DNA of 64,000 nt from contig CAZWVL010000003.1 in the NCBI GenBank assembly GCA_964637115.1, positions 64,001 to 128,000 on the forward strand, in the 5' to 3' direction. Below are positions 28,829 to 37,059 of this stretch, piece by piece. A model generated the notes under the pieces. It had not been told where the DNA came from. It did not search any database and was given only the letters and a program-made list of their open reading frames with translations. Source of the stretch: an uncultured Methanosarcinales archaeon (GTDB taxonomy: Archaea; Nanobdellota; Nanobdellia; Woesearchaeales; ARS49). Numbering within the stretch: the first letter of the stretch is position 1; each line of letters starts with the position of its first letter. Both the position numbers and the translations under genes were made by a program.

Positions 28829-28932
28829 ATTCCGATTTTTTCCATCTTTTTTGAAATTCTTCCAACTCTCATCGTAAACTTTCCAACATTTTCGTCGATG
28901 AATCCATTAAGGAGTTCTGTTTGTTACTTTTT

Positions 28933-28977
28933 GGCCTGCGCGCCTGCACCGGTGCTCGCTCAGCAGACGTGCAGGCC
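28933..28977. other. GC-rich stem-loop immediately upstream of a small ORF
   Basis: GCCTGCAC (28942-28949) / GTGCAGGC (28969-28976); alternative 5' arm GGCCTGC (28933-28939); inner TGCT/AGCA stem. Confidence 0.5.
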
Positions 28978-28984
28978 GCTCACA

Positions 28985-29137
28985 ATGAAATGGGAAGTAA
29001 CAATCGCTGAATTTGAAGATGCAGAAGGAAAGAAATACAAAGTGACACGGCGAATGCCGGAATTATTTGTTGCTGAAACAAAGATCTTTACTTCAAAAGA
29101 AGCAGCAAAAAAGCAATTTGAGGAATGGCTACGCTAA
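28985..29137 (+). CDS. Small hypothetical protein (50 aa)
   Basis: MKWEVTIAEFEDAEGKKYKVTRRMPELFVAETKIFTSKEAAKKQFEEWLR; protein-like composition; start trimmed from 28898. Confidence 0.6.
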   Translation: MKWEVTIAEFEDAEGKKYKVTRRMPELFVAETKIFTSKEAAKKQFEEWLR

Positions 29138-29434
29138 TTCGGCTTCTTTTTTCTTCAACAATTCAACCAGCTCCGGCTGCTTGTAAAAGAACGTGTCGGG
29201 GACATTTATAGAGATAATTCTCTTCTTCAATATAAATTCAGGAAACCGTTTGGCAAGTTCTGTCCGCTGTTCTTCTTCCATTACCACAATTTCATCAGCC
29301 CATGATATTTCTTCAGCAGACACAGGCTTTTCGCAGTACAATCCAGCAGACTTAGTCTCAAATTTACTTCTGAAAACTTCGGCAGCAGTAGGGCTCCTGT
29401 GCCTGTTTTGATTACAGATAAACAAGACTTTCAT
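29129..29434 (-). CDS. Low-molecular-weight protein-tyrosine-phosphatase-like protein (short form)
   Basis: N-terminal VLFICNQNRHRSPTAAE (Cx5RS P-loop), SAG, WADEIVVME, IPD-like VPD. Confidence 0.85.
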   Translation of the reverse strand: MKVLFICNQNRHRSPTAAEVFRSKFETKSAGLYCEKPVSAEEISWADEIVVMEEEQRTELAKRFPEFILKKRIISINVPDTFFYKQPELVELLKKKEAELA

Positions 29435-29486
29435 GCATTAGCTTATATTCCAAACCTTTAAAAAGCTTCCTCGAGAAAACACGCTT

Positions 29487-30458
29487 ATGAACCTCCAAGG
29501 ACTAGGCAAAGTAGATGACTATCAGAAATTGCTCGACATAGCTTTCAAGAACGGAGTAGCAAGCGCTTCAGAATCCAGAGCGCAGACAACTAGTCCAAAT
29601 AAGATGGTTAGAAGCAGGCGCATCGAAATAGCGCGCATAGAATCTGTTGGCAAGTCTCTTATCAACAGCCTTGACTTTATAGGCAGATGCTTTCCTTCAT
29701 TAGACCAATTAGCACCCTTTTATCAAGAACTAGTCAAGTGCACTCTTGATTACGGAATGCTCAAACAGAGTTTGGGAGCACTTGCATGGGCAAAAAAACA
29801 GATAACGGGATTATTGCACAAGTACACAAAAGAAATTTCACAAGCAAGAATACTCGGACAGTTCAACAAACTGCGCATTGCATTCTCAGGAAGAACATGC
29901 TCAGTCATGAAACAGATAAAAGACAATCTTGAGTATCTTGAATATTGCAGAAAAACAATGAAAGGATATCCTTCACTCAAGACGAAAGTAAATACCATAG
30001 TCATTGCAGGCTCGCCAAACGTCGGCAAGAGCACCCTTCTTGCAGCATTAACTGGAAGCAAGCCAAAAACAGCGAGCTATCCGTTCACAACACTAAAACT
30101 CAATCTGGGCTATGACTCAGAAGAGAATCAGTACATCGACACTCCAGGACTTCTTGACAGGCCGTTTGAAAAAAGAAATCCAATAGAGCGGCAAGCAATA
30201 CTTGCACTCAGGCACGTTGCAACAGTCATTGTATTCGTTGTAGACCCAACAGAAACCTGCGGCTATCCATTAACAGAACAGCAGAATTTACTTGACGATA
30301 TCAAAAAATTATTCGACAAGCCAATAATTCTTGTAGCAAACAAAGCAGACACGGGTGCGAAGTACAAGAACGCCATAGAAGTCAGCGCCAAAGAAGGAAC
30401 TGGCCTTGACAAATTAAAAAAAGAAATTACTTCCTTGCTTTCTCGCCAAACCAAATAA
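29487..30458 (+). CDS. nog1: NOG1-family GTP-binding protein
   Basis: GSPNVGKS (G1), YPFTT (G2), DTPGLLDRP (G3), ANKAD (G4), plus the N-terminal helical NOG1 domain with FPSLDQLAPFYQEL. Confidence 0.9.
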   Translation: MNLQGLGKVDDYQKLLDIAFKNGVASASESRAQTTSPNKMVRSRRIEIARIESVGKSLINSLDFIGRCFPSLDQLAPFYQELVKCTLDYGMLKQSLGALAWAKKQITGLLHKYTKEISQARILGQFNKLRIAFSGRTCSVMKQIKDNLEYLEYCRKTMKGYPSLKTKVNTIVIAGSPNVGKSTLLAALTGSKPKTASYPFTTLKLNLGYDSEENQYIDTPGLLDRPFEKRNPIERQAILALRHVATVIVFVVDPTETCGYPLTEQQNLLDDIKKLFDKPIILVANKADTGAKYKNAIEVSAKEGTGLDKLKKEITSLLSRQTK

Positions 30459-30876
30459 GCGCGACGCCCAAAATAATGTAGATGCCTGCAATCAGCCATG
30501 CCTTAGGAACATAAGAATCAATATATTTCTGCAATAATGGCGTGATTTTTCCAAACATACTCAAAAATTCTCCCATACGACGTGGACCTGCAAATGAAAC
30601 GATAACTGCCAACAGGCCAGGAATTAAAGTGAATAAGCCAAGCACGCGCAACGCAATTTTCTTTGTTTTGGAGAAATAAAACACAAGCGCAAAACCCAAA
30701 ATAATTGAGCCAAGCGCAATTCCAAACGCATACCGTGCGTCAACCAATTGATTTGGTGTTAAGGCCAATGGCAGCAACGGAATCAGTGCAGTAAGTCCGA
30801 AAAAATAGAACAGGCGCGCAATAATGCTGATGACTTGCAAGACAACCAGCTCTTTCACCCGCTTTTCTAACTTCAT
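30427..30876 (-). CDS. Hypothetical membrane protein (about 4 TM)
   Basis: Hydrophobic segments throughout; start set at ATG 30876 (MKLEKRV). Confidence 0.7.
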   Translation of the reverse strand: MKLEKRVKELVVLQVISIIARLFYFFGLTALIPLLPLALTPNQLVDARYAFGIALGSIILGFALVFYFSKTKKIALRVLGLFTLIPGLLAVIVSFAGPRRMGEFLSMFGKITPLLQKYIDSYVPKAWLIAGIYIILGVALIWFGEKARK

Positions 30877-30935
30877 ACTATTCTTGCGCAACTAAAAGTA
30901 TAAAAAGATATCTCTGCGCGAATCATATCAGTAAA

Positions 30936-31229
30936 TTATGCGGTTCTAGCGTAAGGCAAGGAAAGTTCCAAGGCCGATTCCAACAATTCAGGTTTAGGAG
31001 GCAGGTTATTTATCAGGCGCGTGAAGTAAGCACAAACATTATTCCGCGCAACATCAAAACGGTCAGCAGTCATGTCCAAACTGCTTCTTACGGGGCCCAG
31101 CTCAGAACGATATTTAGAATGTACGACGTTGAATTGCCTATTCACTCCAGAATAGCCCTGCAGGTCATTAGTTCGTGCGCACCTCACCAAGCGCACTACC
31201 AGCTCGTACAGCTGGGATTCCTGCACCAT
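30936..31229 (-). CDS. Hypothetical protein (97 aa)
   Basis: ORF fills an intergenic gap; no motif recognised. Confidence 0.5.
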   Translation of the reverse strand: MVQESQLYELVVRLVRCARTNDLQGYSGVNRQFNVVHSKYRSELGPVRSSLDMTADRFDVARNNVCAYFTRLINNLPPKPELLESALELSLPYARTA

Positions 31230-31261
31230 AACGAAAATACATGTCTTTCTAGAATAAAAAG

Positions 31262-33571
31262 CTATTGCTCCCTATGAATGAAATTCAGCAATGTAATCAC
31301 CAAAATGCCCATTGCAGCAACCAAGAAAAGCGCAATCTGGACGCCTTTTGAAGCAGCAACGTCCTGTGGTTCATCAGTCACTGCCCAGCCAACGCGGGGG
31401 AAATCAATGTTAGGCATATCAGGTATAGTGCACGCACCATTATTGCAGCCAACTGGGCATTGGTATGGTTCAACAATACTGGGCACGCCGTTGTTGCAGA
31501 AAAGCTCAAGAATATAACAATTTGTTGGCTGGCATGAGGTGACATTTTGATAAGCTCCTTCTGCTATAATTGCGCAAGTATCAGCCATATTAACATCTGA
31601 TCCATTAACGTTTGCCGCAATGATTCCTTTCGCAAAGTAATTATTCCCGTTATCAGAATCGGTACATACAGGTGCAGCAATCGTGCAACCTGCAGGGCTA
31701 CGGGATACAATCAATTCTCCGGGCGTTGTACAAGAATAGGTTACGCAACAACCGCCCTGGCAGCTCGAGCATGACTGCATCTGGCCGGTGCTATTGACAA
31801 AACTAGTACAGTTAGTGGTCGGGTTTGTACTGCATCCAGAAGTTCCGGGAACAACCATTGCATTAATTGAAGGCCCAAGCATAAAGCTGGCACAAGCGCC
31901 ATTAGAGCATTGTGCGTTTGAAGGACAGCTCGTCCAGTTACTACCCACGCTACCGCCGAAAGCCTGTTTATCACCACAGTAGCATTCTAACAACTGGTTA
32001 GTGCCATTGGAAGCCTCAAATTCCTGCGAAGTTGAGCACCTATCAGAACAAACTATGCCTCCGCCCGTGGCATTTCCCTTTTCAGTAATATTCCACCCGC
32101 CATCGGAGTCGGAACACGAAACATTTGTAATGTTAGTGATGTTGGTCAAATTAGTAATGTTAGTAAGATTAATGGAAATGCTAGTTGTGATGTTCAAGCA
32201 ATTACAACTCACGCAAACTAATCCAGCGGCGCAGATAGGAGTACCTGGATCGCCGCACTGCTCACCAATGTCTGCCCGGCCGTTTCCACATTCTGCCTGA
32301 ATAAACGGAGCAACAATACACTTGCACTTATCATCACACGCACCGGTGTTAGTAATTTGCCCAGCCGCGTTCCTGACAAAACACGCAGTTGAAATCAACT
32401 GGCCAGTCACAGGGTCACGAATTCCAGGAGGCTCACAATCCTCAATAACGCCTGCAGCATTCGGCTTCTGAATTAATTTATCCCCGCAAGTGCCAGCGTT
32501 TGCTGGCCCTTTAATGCCGCACATGCAATCAGGCTTGCAAACACCAGGGCAAGCAGCATCATTGTTTTTATCACACTGCTCGCCAGCGTCAAGCGCCCCA
32601 TTACCACACTGCACCACAGGAGCAGGAACAAGCAACTTCAACTTATTCAGCAAATCACAATCAGACTGATACTTAATGCCATAAACACCGATCTTTGCAT
32701 CATCAACAGTGCTGGCATATGTTGTGACTGTTAGCCAGTTTGCGCCGGAAAGCCAGAAAAACATCACCCTTCCAGATACAGTTTCGAGGAAACCACATAC
32801 ATTTCCGCGTTTTGTCCACTTTTGCTCAAAAACTGCAATACTAGTTTCTTTTAGAAGATTCTTCTTGAAATTCTCGACATTTTTAGTTTGCAATACAGAC
32901 ACGTCAGTTTTCACGCCATTCAAATGCTCATAGAATGCCGTATATAATGTTCCGCCAGCATCGCCCGCTGTTTCAGTCTTTGATGACGACTTATATCTGT
33001 TATTCTCAATATCTTTCTCAATCAAAATGTCAGAATACTGGGCGCCAGACATTTCAAACGCGCCCAATTGCCACTTTTTATTGTTGCAATCCCAAATCTT
33101 AAAACCATTATCGTCACGCTTTTCAGTATCGATACACCAGTAGATGACTATATAATTAGGCCCTGGCAAGAAACGATCAGTAGAGATAGGGACAATGAAA
33201 GTTGCTTTGTCCTCTGCCCAAGTTTTCACAATCTTGCCGCTCTGCGAAGTGTCAGCAAACACTTTCTCCCAAAACTTATACTTTTTGTTAAACGCATATG
33301 AAATGGCGTGCACGTAAAACTTTGTCTTGACTGAAGCGGGCTTTTCAACAACAACCTTAACTTTGTCGCCGGCCTTCACCAAAGTCGGATCAATGTCAGT
33401 GTACTTTATTTCACCTGCCCACTTCGGCAAAGCACCAGGAGAAATTGGTACGCCCCCATACGCCTTTCCAGCAGCAGATTCTTCGCCAGGCGGCGGAGGA
33501 TTAGGAGGAAATTCGTCTGCACACGCAACTAGCAAAAAAAGAACAATAACAAAAGGAATCAAACTTTTCAT
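31262..33571 (-). CDS. Large Cys-rich surface protein with lipobox-like signal, CGNG..E.C repeats, CxDSDxG repeats, N-glycosylation cluster and C-terminal TM
   Basis: LLVAC then PPNPPPPG; CGNGALDAGEQCD, CGNGRADIGEQCG; CSDSDGG, CTDSDNGNNYFAKG; NITTSISINLTNITNLTNITNITNVS; terminal IALFLVAAMGILVITLL. Confidence 0.8.
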   Translation of the reverse strand: MKSLIPFVIVLFLLVACADEFPPNPPPPGEESAAGKAYGGVPISPGALPKWAGEIKYTDIDPTLVKAGDKVKVVVEKPASVKTKFYVHAISYAFNKKYKFWEKVFADTSQSGKIVKTWAEDKATFIVPISTDRFLPGPNYIVIYWCIDTEKRDDNGFKIWDCNNKKWQLGAFEMSGAQYSDILIEKDIENNRYKSSSKTETAGDAGGTLYTAFYEHLNGVKTDVSVLQTKNVENFKKNLLKETSIAVFEQKWTKRGNVCGFLETVSGRVMFFWLSGANWLTVTTYASTVDDAKIGVYGIKYQSDCDLLNKLKLLVPAPVVQCGNGALDAGEQCDKNNDAACPGVCKPDCMCGIKGPANAGTCGDKLIQKPNAAGVIEDCEPPGIRDPVTGQLISTACFVRNAAGQITNTGACDDKCKCIVAPFIQAECGNGRADIGEQCGDPGTPICAAGLVCVSCNCLNITTSISINLTNITNLTNITNITNVSCSDSDGGWNITEKGNATGGGIVCSDRCSTSQEFEASNGTNQLLECYCGDKQAFGGSVGSNWTSCPSNAQCSNGACASFMLGPSINAMVVPGTSGCSTNPTTNCTSFVNSTGQMQSCSSCQGGCCVTYSCTTPGELIVSRSPAGCTIAAPVCTDSDNGNNYFAKGIIAANVNGSDVNMADTCAIIAEGAYQNVTSCQPTNCYILELFCNNGVPSIVEPYQCPVGCNNGACTIPDMPNIDFPRVGWAVTDEPQDVAASKGVQIALFLVAAMGILVITLLNFIHREQ

Positions 33572-34464
33572 GGCTTTTTCAAATCTGACGGGTATTTCTT
33601 CAAGTAAGCGCCGATTATTTCAGCGTTAGCGGCTTCTTTCTCAAATGTTTCCACATAAACAATTTCCTTGCCACTGGACCAAACTGCAATCCTGTGGTCC
33701 TCCTCAGAGAGGAAGAGCGCCAAGTTATGACCGGCATGCGTCTTCCAGCCATTAACGATAATATCTTTGAACATGGTAGCAAGAGTCTTGTCCAATTCCT
33801 GACGGTTGTTGAAGTCAAAGATATGCACCAAAACAACAACACCGGTTTTCGGTTCACGGTACTTGGCATCGTATCTAATAACATTAATGTCTGCAAAATT
33901 ATCCTTCTCAGCAGTTGTTGACATCACCTTAAATGGACCAACAGTCATATTAAGCACGAACTGCTCAACGTTTGCCAGCTCTGGAATCTTGCCAGTCGCC
34001 TTGCCCTTGACTGTAAACTTAACAAGCATCCACTTCTTGCCGTTGCACTCCCACTTGCCGGCAGCTTTCGAACAGGCATAAACAACAAAGTAGTTTTCGC
34101 CCTCAACAAACTTGGAAGCATCAACCGTCACGCTTCCAATGGCCTGGCCTTTCAACCACTGCTCAGCTGCTTCGCCCTGCAGGGAAAACTTCTCCCAAGT
34201 TCTCGTAACTGAGTTAAAGACATAGCCGTTAGAATAAACGTAGTCAAAGTTTGAAACAGAAACAACAACACCATCACCAAAATACGCTTCAGAAGGCGTA
34301 ATAGCAACATTTTTTGCCTCAGCAGCCCAGGATGGCATTCCTGCAGCCATGCCTGCTATCGCTTTTCCAATTTCTCCGCCCGGAGGAGGAGGGTTGGGAG
34401 GCAGCTCATCCTTGCACGCTACAAGTAAGAATAGTAACAATACTGCAAGTGCAACACGTTTCAT
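33568..34464 (-). CDS. Lipobox-like secreted protein, paralog of the N-terminal domain of 31262..33571
   Basis: LLVACKDELPPNPPPPGGEIGKA; WEKF...ENYFVVYAC...WECNGKKW aligns with WEKV...PNYIVIYWC...WDCNNKKW; ATGA overlap. Confidence 0.8.
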   Translation of the reverse strand: MKRVALAVLLLFLLVACKDELPPNPPPPGGEIGKAIAGMAAGMPSWAAEAKNVAITPSEAYFGDGVVVSVSNFDYVYSNGYVFNSVTRTWEKFSLQGEAAEQWLKGQAIGSVTVDASKFVEGENYFVVYACSKAAGKWECNGKKWMLVKFTVKGKATGKIPELANVEQFVLNMTVGPFKVMSTTAEKDNFADINVIRYDAKYREPKTGVVVLVHIFDFNNRQELDKTLATMFKDIIVNGWKTHAGHNLALFLSEEDHRIAVWSSGKEIVYVETFEKEAANAEIIGAYLKKYPSDLKKP

Positions 34465-34513
34465 AGTCTACCTCTTTTTGCTTGAAAACTAATTTGTATC
34501 TTTATAAATGTTA

Positions 34514-35212
34514 TTACTTAGGTATTTCTTTGATGCGTTCATCAATGAACTTCTCGTTCCAGCCATTGGCAAGCAAGTGCATTCTCAATGTTTCCTGCTT
34601 GTATCCGGCATTCGTGTAATTCATCAAATACTGCCTGACTAGTTTCTTATCTTCCACTTCTTCTTTCTTCTTATGAGCGATACTTGCAGTAATCATGCCT
34701 GCAATAATGATGAGAGCCAGTACGGATAACGTGACGCTCAGGATTGCATTCTTCTTTTGAGAACCCTGCAAGTTTGTGATAGCATCAAAGAAAGGAGCCT
34801 CAAAAGAAGGCCTTTGCTTCAAGTTTTCAATATCGACCGTGGCAGCAGTCATCTGACTCTGCACGGCGTCAAGCCGTGAAGACATATCAGAAGCAATTTT
34901 CAACTGCGCTTCAGCAGTTGCTAATCTCTGCTCCCAAGCAGGCAGCAAGTTCAACTTCTGCTCGATGGAATCCAATCTGGCAAGAAGAGCCTGCATGTCC
35001 TCAGATTTTGGAGCTGGTTTGGGCGGCGTAACAATTGCTGGTGGAGAAACATTAACTGCTGGCAGAACCTGGTCTGATTCCATTCCTGGAGGCGCAGGAG
35101 GCTCTGGAAGATCCAACGGCTGGAAACCCGTTAACGAATTATGTCCATTAGAAGCAGCCAAAAACAATGTCAGCGCTGCTATGATTAGTATTGCTGCCAC
35201 ACTCTTTTTCAT
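34514..35212 (-). CDS. Membrane protein with signal, Pro-rich linker, coiled coil and second TM
   Basis: N-terminal hydrophobic segment, PEPPAPPG, heptad-like LARLDSIEQKL...LKIASDMSSRLDAVQSQM, TM AILSVTLSVLALIIIAGMITA. Confidence 0.75.
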   Translation of the reverse strand: MKKSVAAILIIAALTLFLAASNGHNSLTGFQPLDLPEPPAPPGMESDQVLPAVNVSPPAIVTPPKPAPKSEDMQALLARLDSIEQKLNLLPAWEQRLATAEAQLKIASDMSSRLDAVQSQMTAATVDIENLKQRPSFEAPFFDAITNLQGSQKKNAILSVTLSVLALIIIAGMITASIAHKKKEEVEDKKLVRQYLMNYTNAGYKQETLRMHLLANGWNEKFIDERIKEIPK

Positions 35213-35355
35213 ATATGCGTTCTAGTGATAATTACTATTTAAAGGTTTATGGTACGGCTTAACGCAATATTTTTAAATAGGAGGGCTATTGTTAAATATC
35301 AAAAGTGGGTTGATATGGTATAGGTCTGTGTAGCAGTTAGCCAGAGAGTAACACA

Positions 35356-36882
35356 GTGGAAAAAGAGAGGTTTGTGGGAATAGTTGCTATCGTATTTACT
35401 TTGTTAGTTCTTAGTGTCACGATTGTTTCAGCACAGCCAGCAAGCCCATTAGAAGGAGGAATTGTGCACAGGTTTTTTAATTGGATTTTAAATTTCTTTT
35501 CCTCGTCAGCCAGCATTACTGGCGCGCAAGTGAGCGAACCACTTGAAAGTCCGCCAGTGTTTGGATTAATGCAAACACCAACGCCGACTTCGACTCCGAC
35601 TTCTACTCCGACAAGTACTCCGACGTCTACTCCGACATCCACTCCTACTTCAACGCCAACGTCTACGCCGACTTCAACTCCTACGAGTACTCCGACGTCA
35701 ACGCCTACTTCTACGCCTACGAGTACTCCGACGTCAACACCAACCTCTACACCAACGTCAACCCCGACAAGTACTCCGACGTCTACTCCAACTTCGACTC
35801 CGACTTCTACTCCAACATCTACTCCTACTTCAACGCCGACCAGCACTCCAACTTCAACGCCGACTTCAACCCCGACAAGCACGCCGACTTCTACTCCTAC
35901 ATCAACTCCTACAAGCACTCCGACTTCAACTCCAACGTCAACGCCAACAAGTACTCCGACTTCTACACCAACGTCAACTCCAACAAGCACTCCGACGTCC
36001 ACTCCAACATCGACTCCGACTTCTACTCCTACTTCAACGCCTACACGTACTCCAACTTCGACTCCAACGAGTACGCCAACGTCAACACCAACATCTACTC
36101 CAACTTCGACTCCGACTTCAACTCCTACAAGTACTCCGACGTCTACACCAACTTCAACACCAACGTCAACTCCAACTTCCACTCCCACTTCAACGCCTAC
36201 ACGTACGCCAACGTCAACTCCTACTTCAACTCCGACAAGTACTCCGACATCTACGCCGACTTCTACTCCGACCGCAACGCCAACGTCTGTTGCGCCTCCT
36301 CCGCCTCCGCCACCACCTCCTCCGCCTCCTCCGCCTCCTCCTGTATCACAAAGCAGACCTACAGGCAATACAAATTCAGCTTCGCCTAATCAGGGATGCT
36401 GTTGCACCGGAATTTGCAGTGCCAATTGCAATGGATGCGGTACTTGTGGCGCCTTGGGTCCTCTGTCCTCTTCCAATCCATGTCCAGGGCAAACACTAAA
36501 TACCCAATTTAAGACATGCTGCGGAAAATCATCACTAGCTCCAACTCCACCTCAAAAAACACTGGCACCAACGCCTCAGCCGACGTCAATGTCAACCTCA
36601 TCTGGCCCTGATGAAGCCAAGGGCGAGGAAATTGCGGATGCGGGTTGGGGAGCAGTGAATGTAGCGCCTCCTCCATTGCCCGAGACACAAAATCTGGGAG
36701 AAGTGGTGGGCGAACAGGGTCCAATGGGGGCTTTCGCAGGAAAAACAAACACTAGAGGCGCCTTAATTGCGGGCATCACGATAATACTCGGTCTTGTGGC
36801 AGTAATCTGGGTGCTCGTATACAGGCACAAGCCTCCAAAAAACATCATGTCGTTTAAGTTCAAATTCTCAAAGAAACGGTAA
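35356..36882 (+). CDS. Mucin-like (TPTS)n surface protein 1 with poly-Pro, Cys domain and C-terminal TM
   Basis: GTG start MEKERFVGIV; roughly 60 TPTS units; about 16 consecutive Pro; CCCTGICSANCNGCGTC; TM followed by basic tail. Confidence 0.85.
   Translation: MEKERFVGIVAIVFTLLVLSVTIVSAQPASPLEGGIVHRFFNWILNFFSSSASITGAQVSEPLESPPVFGLMQTPTPTSTPTSTPTSTPTSTPTSTPTSTPTSTPTSTPTSTPTSTPTSTPTSTPTSTPTSTPTSTPTSTPTSTPTSTPTSTPTSTPTSTPTSTPTSTPTSTPTSTPTSTPTSTPTSTPTSTPTSTPTSTPTSTPTSTPTSTPTSTPTSTPTSTPTSTPTRTPTSTPTSTPTSTPTSTPTSTPTSTPTSTPTSTPTSTPTSTPTSTPTSTPTRTPTSTPTSTPTSTPTSTPTSTPTATPTSVAPPPPPPPPPPPPPPPPVSQSRPTGNTNSASPNQGCCCTGICSANCNGCGTCGALGPLSSSNPCPGQTLNTQFKTCCGKSSLAPTPPQKTLAPTPQPTSMSTSSGPDEAKGEEIADAGWGAVNVAPPPLPETQNLGEVVGEQGPMGAFAGKTNTRGALIAGITIILGLVAVIWVLVYRHKPPKNIMSFKFKFSKKR
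35575..36288 (+). repeat. Degenerate 12-bp tandem repeat encoding TPTS
   Basis: Units such as ACTCCGACTTCT / ACGCCAACGTCA / ACTCCTACAAGT; synonymous variation including TCN and AGY Ser codons. Confidence 0.95.
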
Positions 36883-36962
36883 AATAGTCGCAAATACCTT
36901 ATTGTTTATGAATTAATTTAATATTTGAAATCAATTTTGAAATCTTGTTAATGTTTTAAAAA

Positions 36963-36994
36963 CATAACGTTTTTAAATACTATGTTCTATTCGT
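36963..36994 (+). promoter_or_regulatory. Duplicated promoter motif of the TPTS gene family
   Basis: CATAACGTTTTTAAAT...CTATTCGT here and at 39436-39465; partial TTTTTAAATAG...CTATTGT at 35270-35292. Confidence 0.6.
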
Positions 36995-37059
36995 TCTATA
37001 TCAAAAATTGGTTGATGAGTTCAAGGGTTGCGTATAACAATTAGTTAGTGAGAGTTACA

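Noticed and set aside
28828-28930. Protein-like minus-strand fragment (LLNGFIDENVGKFTMRVGRISKKMEKIGI) as a pseudogene or small gene
   Set aside because: In-frame stop upstream and no convincing start or SD; too short to support.
28933-28985. GC-rich hairpin as tRNA, SRP RNA or SECIS
   Set aside because: Too short, with no cloverleaf or TTC-GA arm, no SRP helix-8 motif, and no in-frame UGA selenoprotein candidates nearby.
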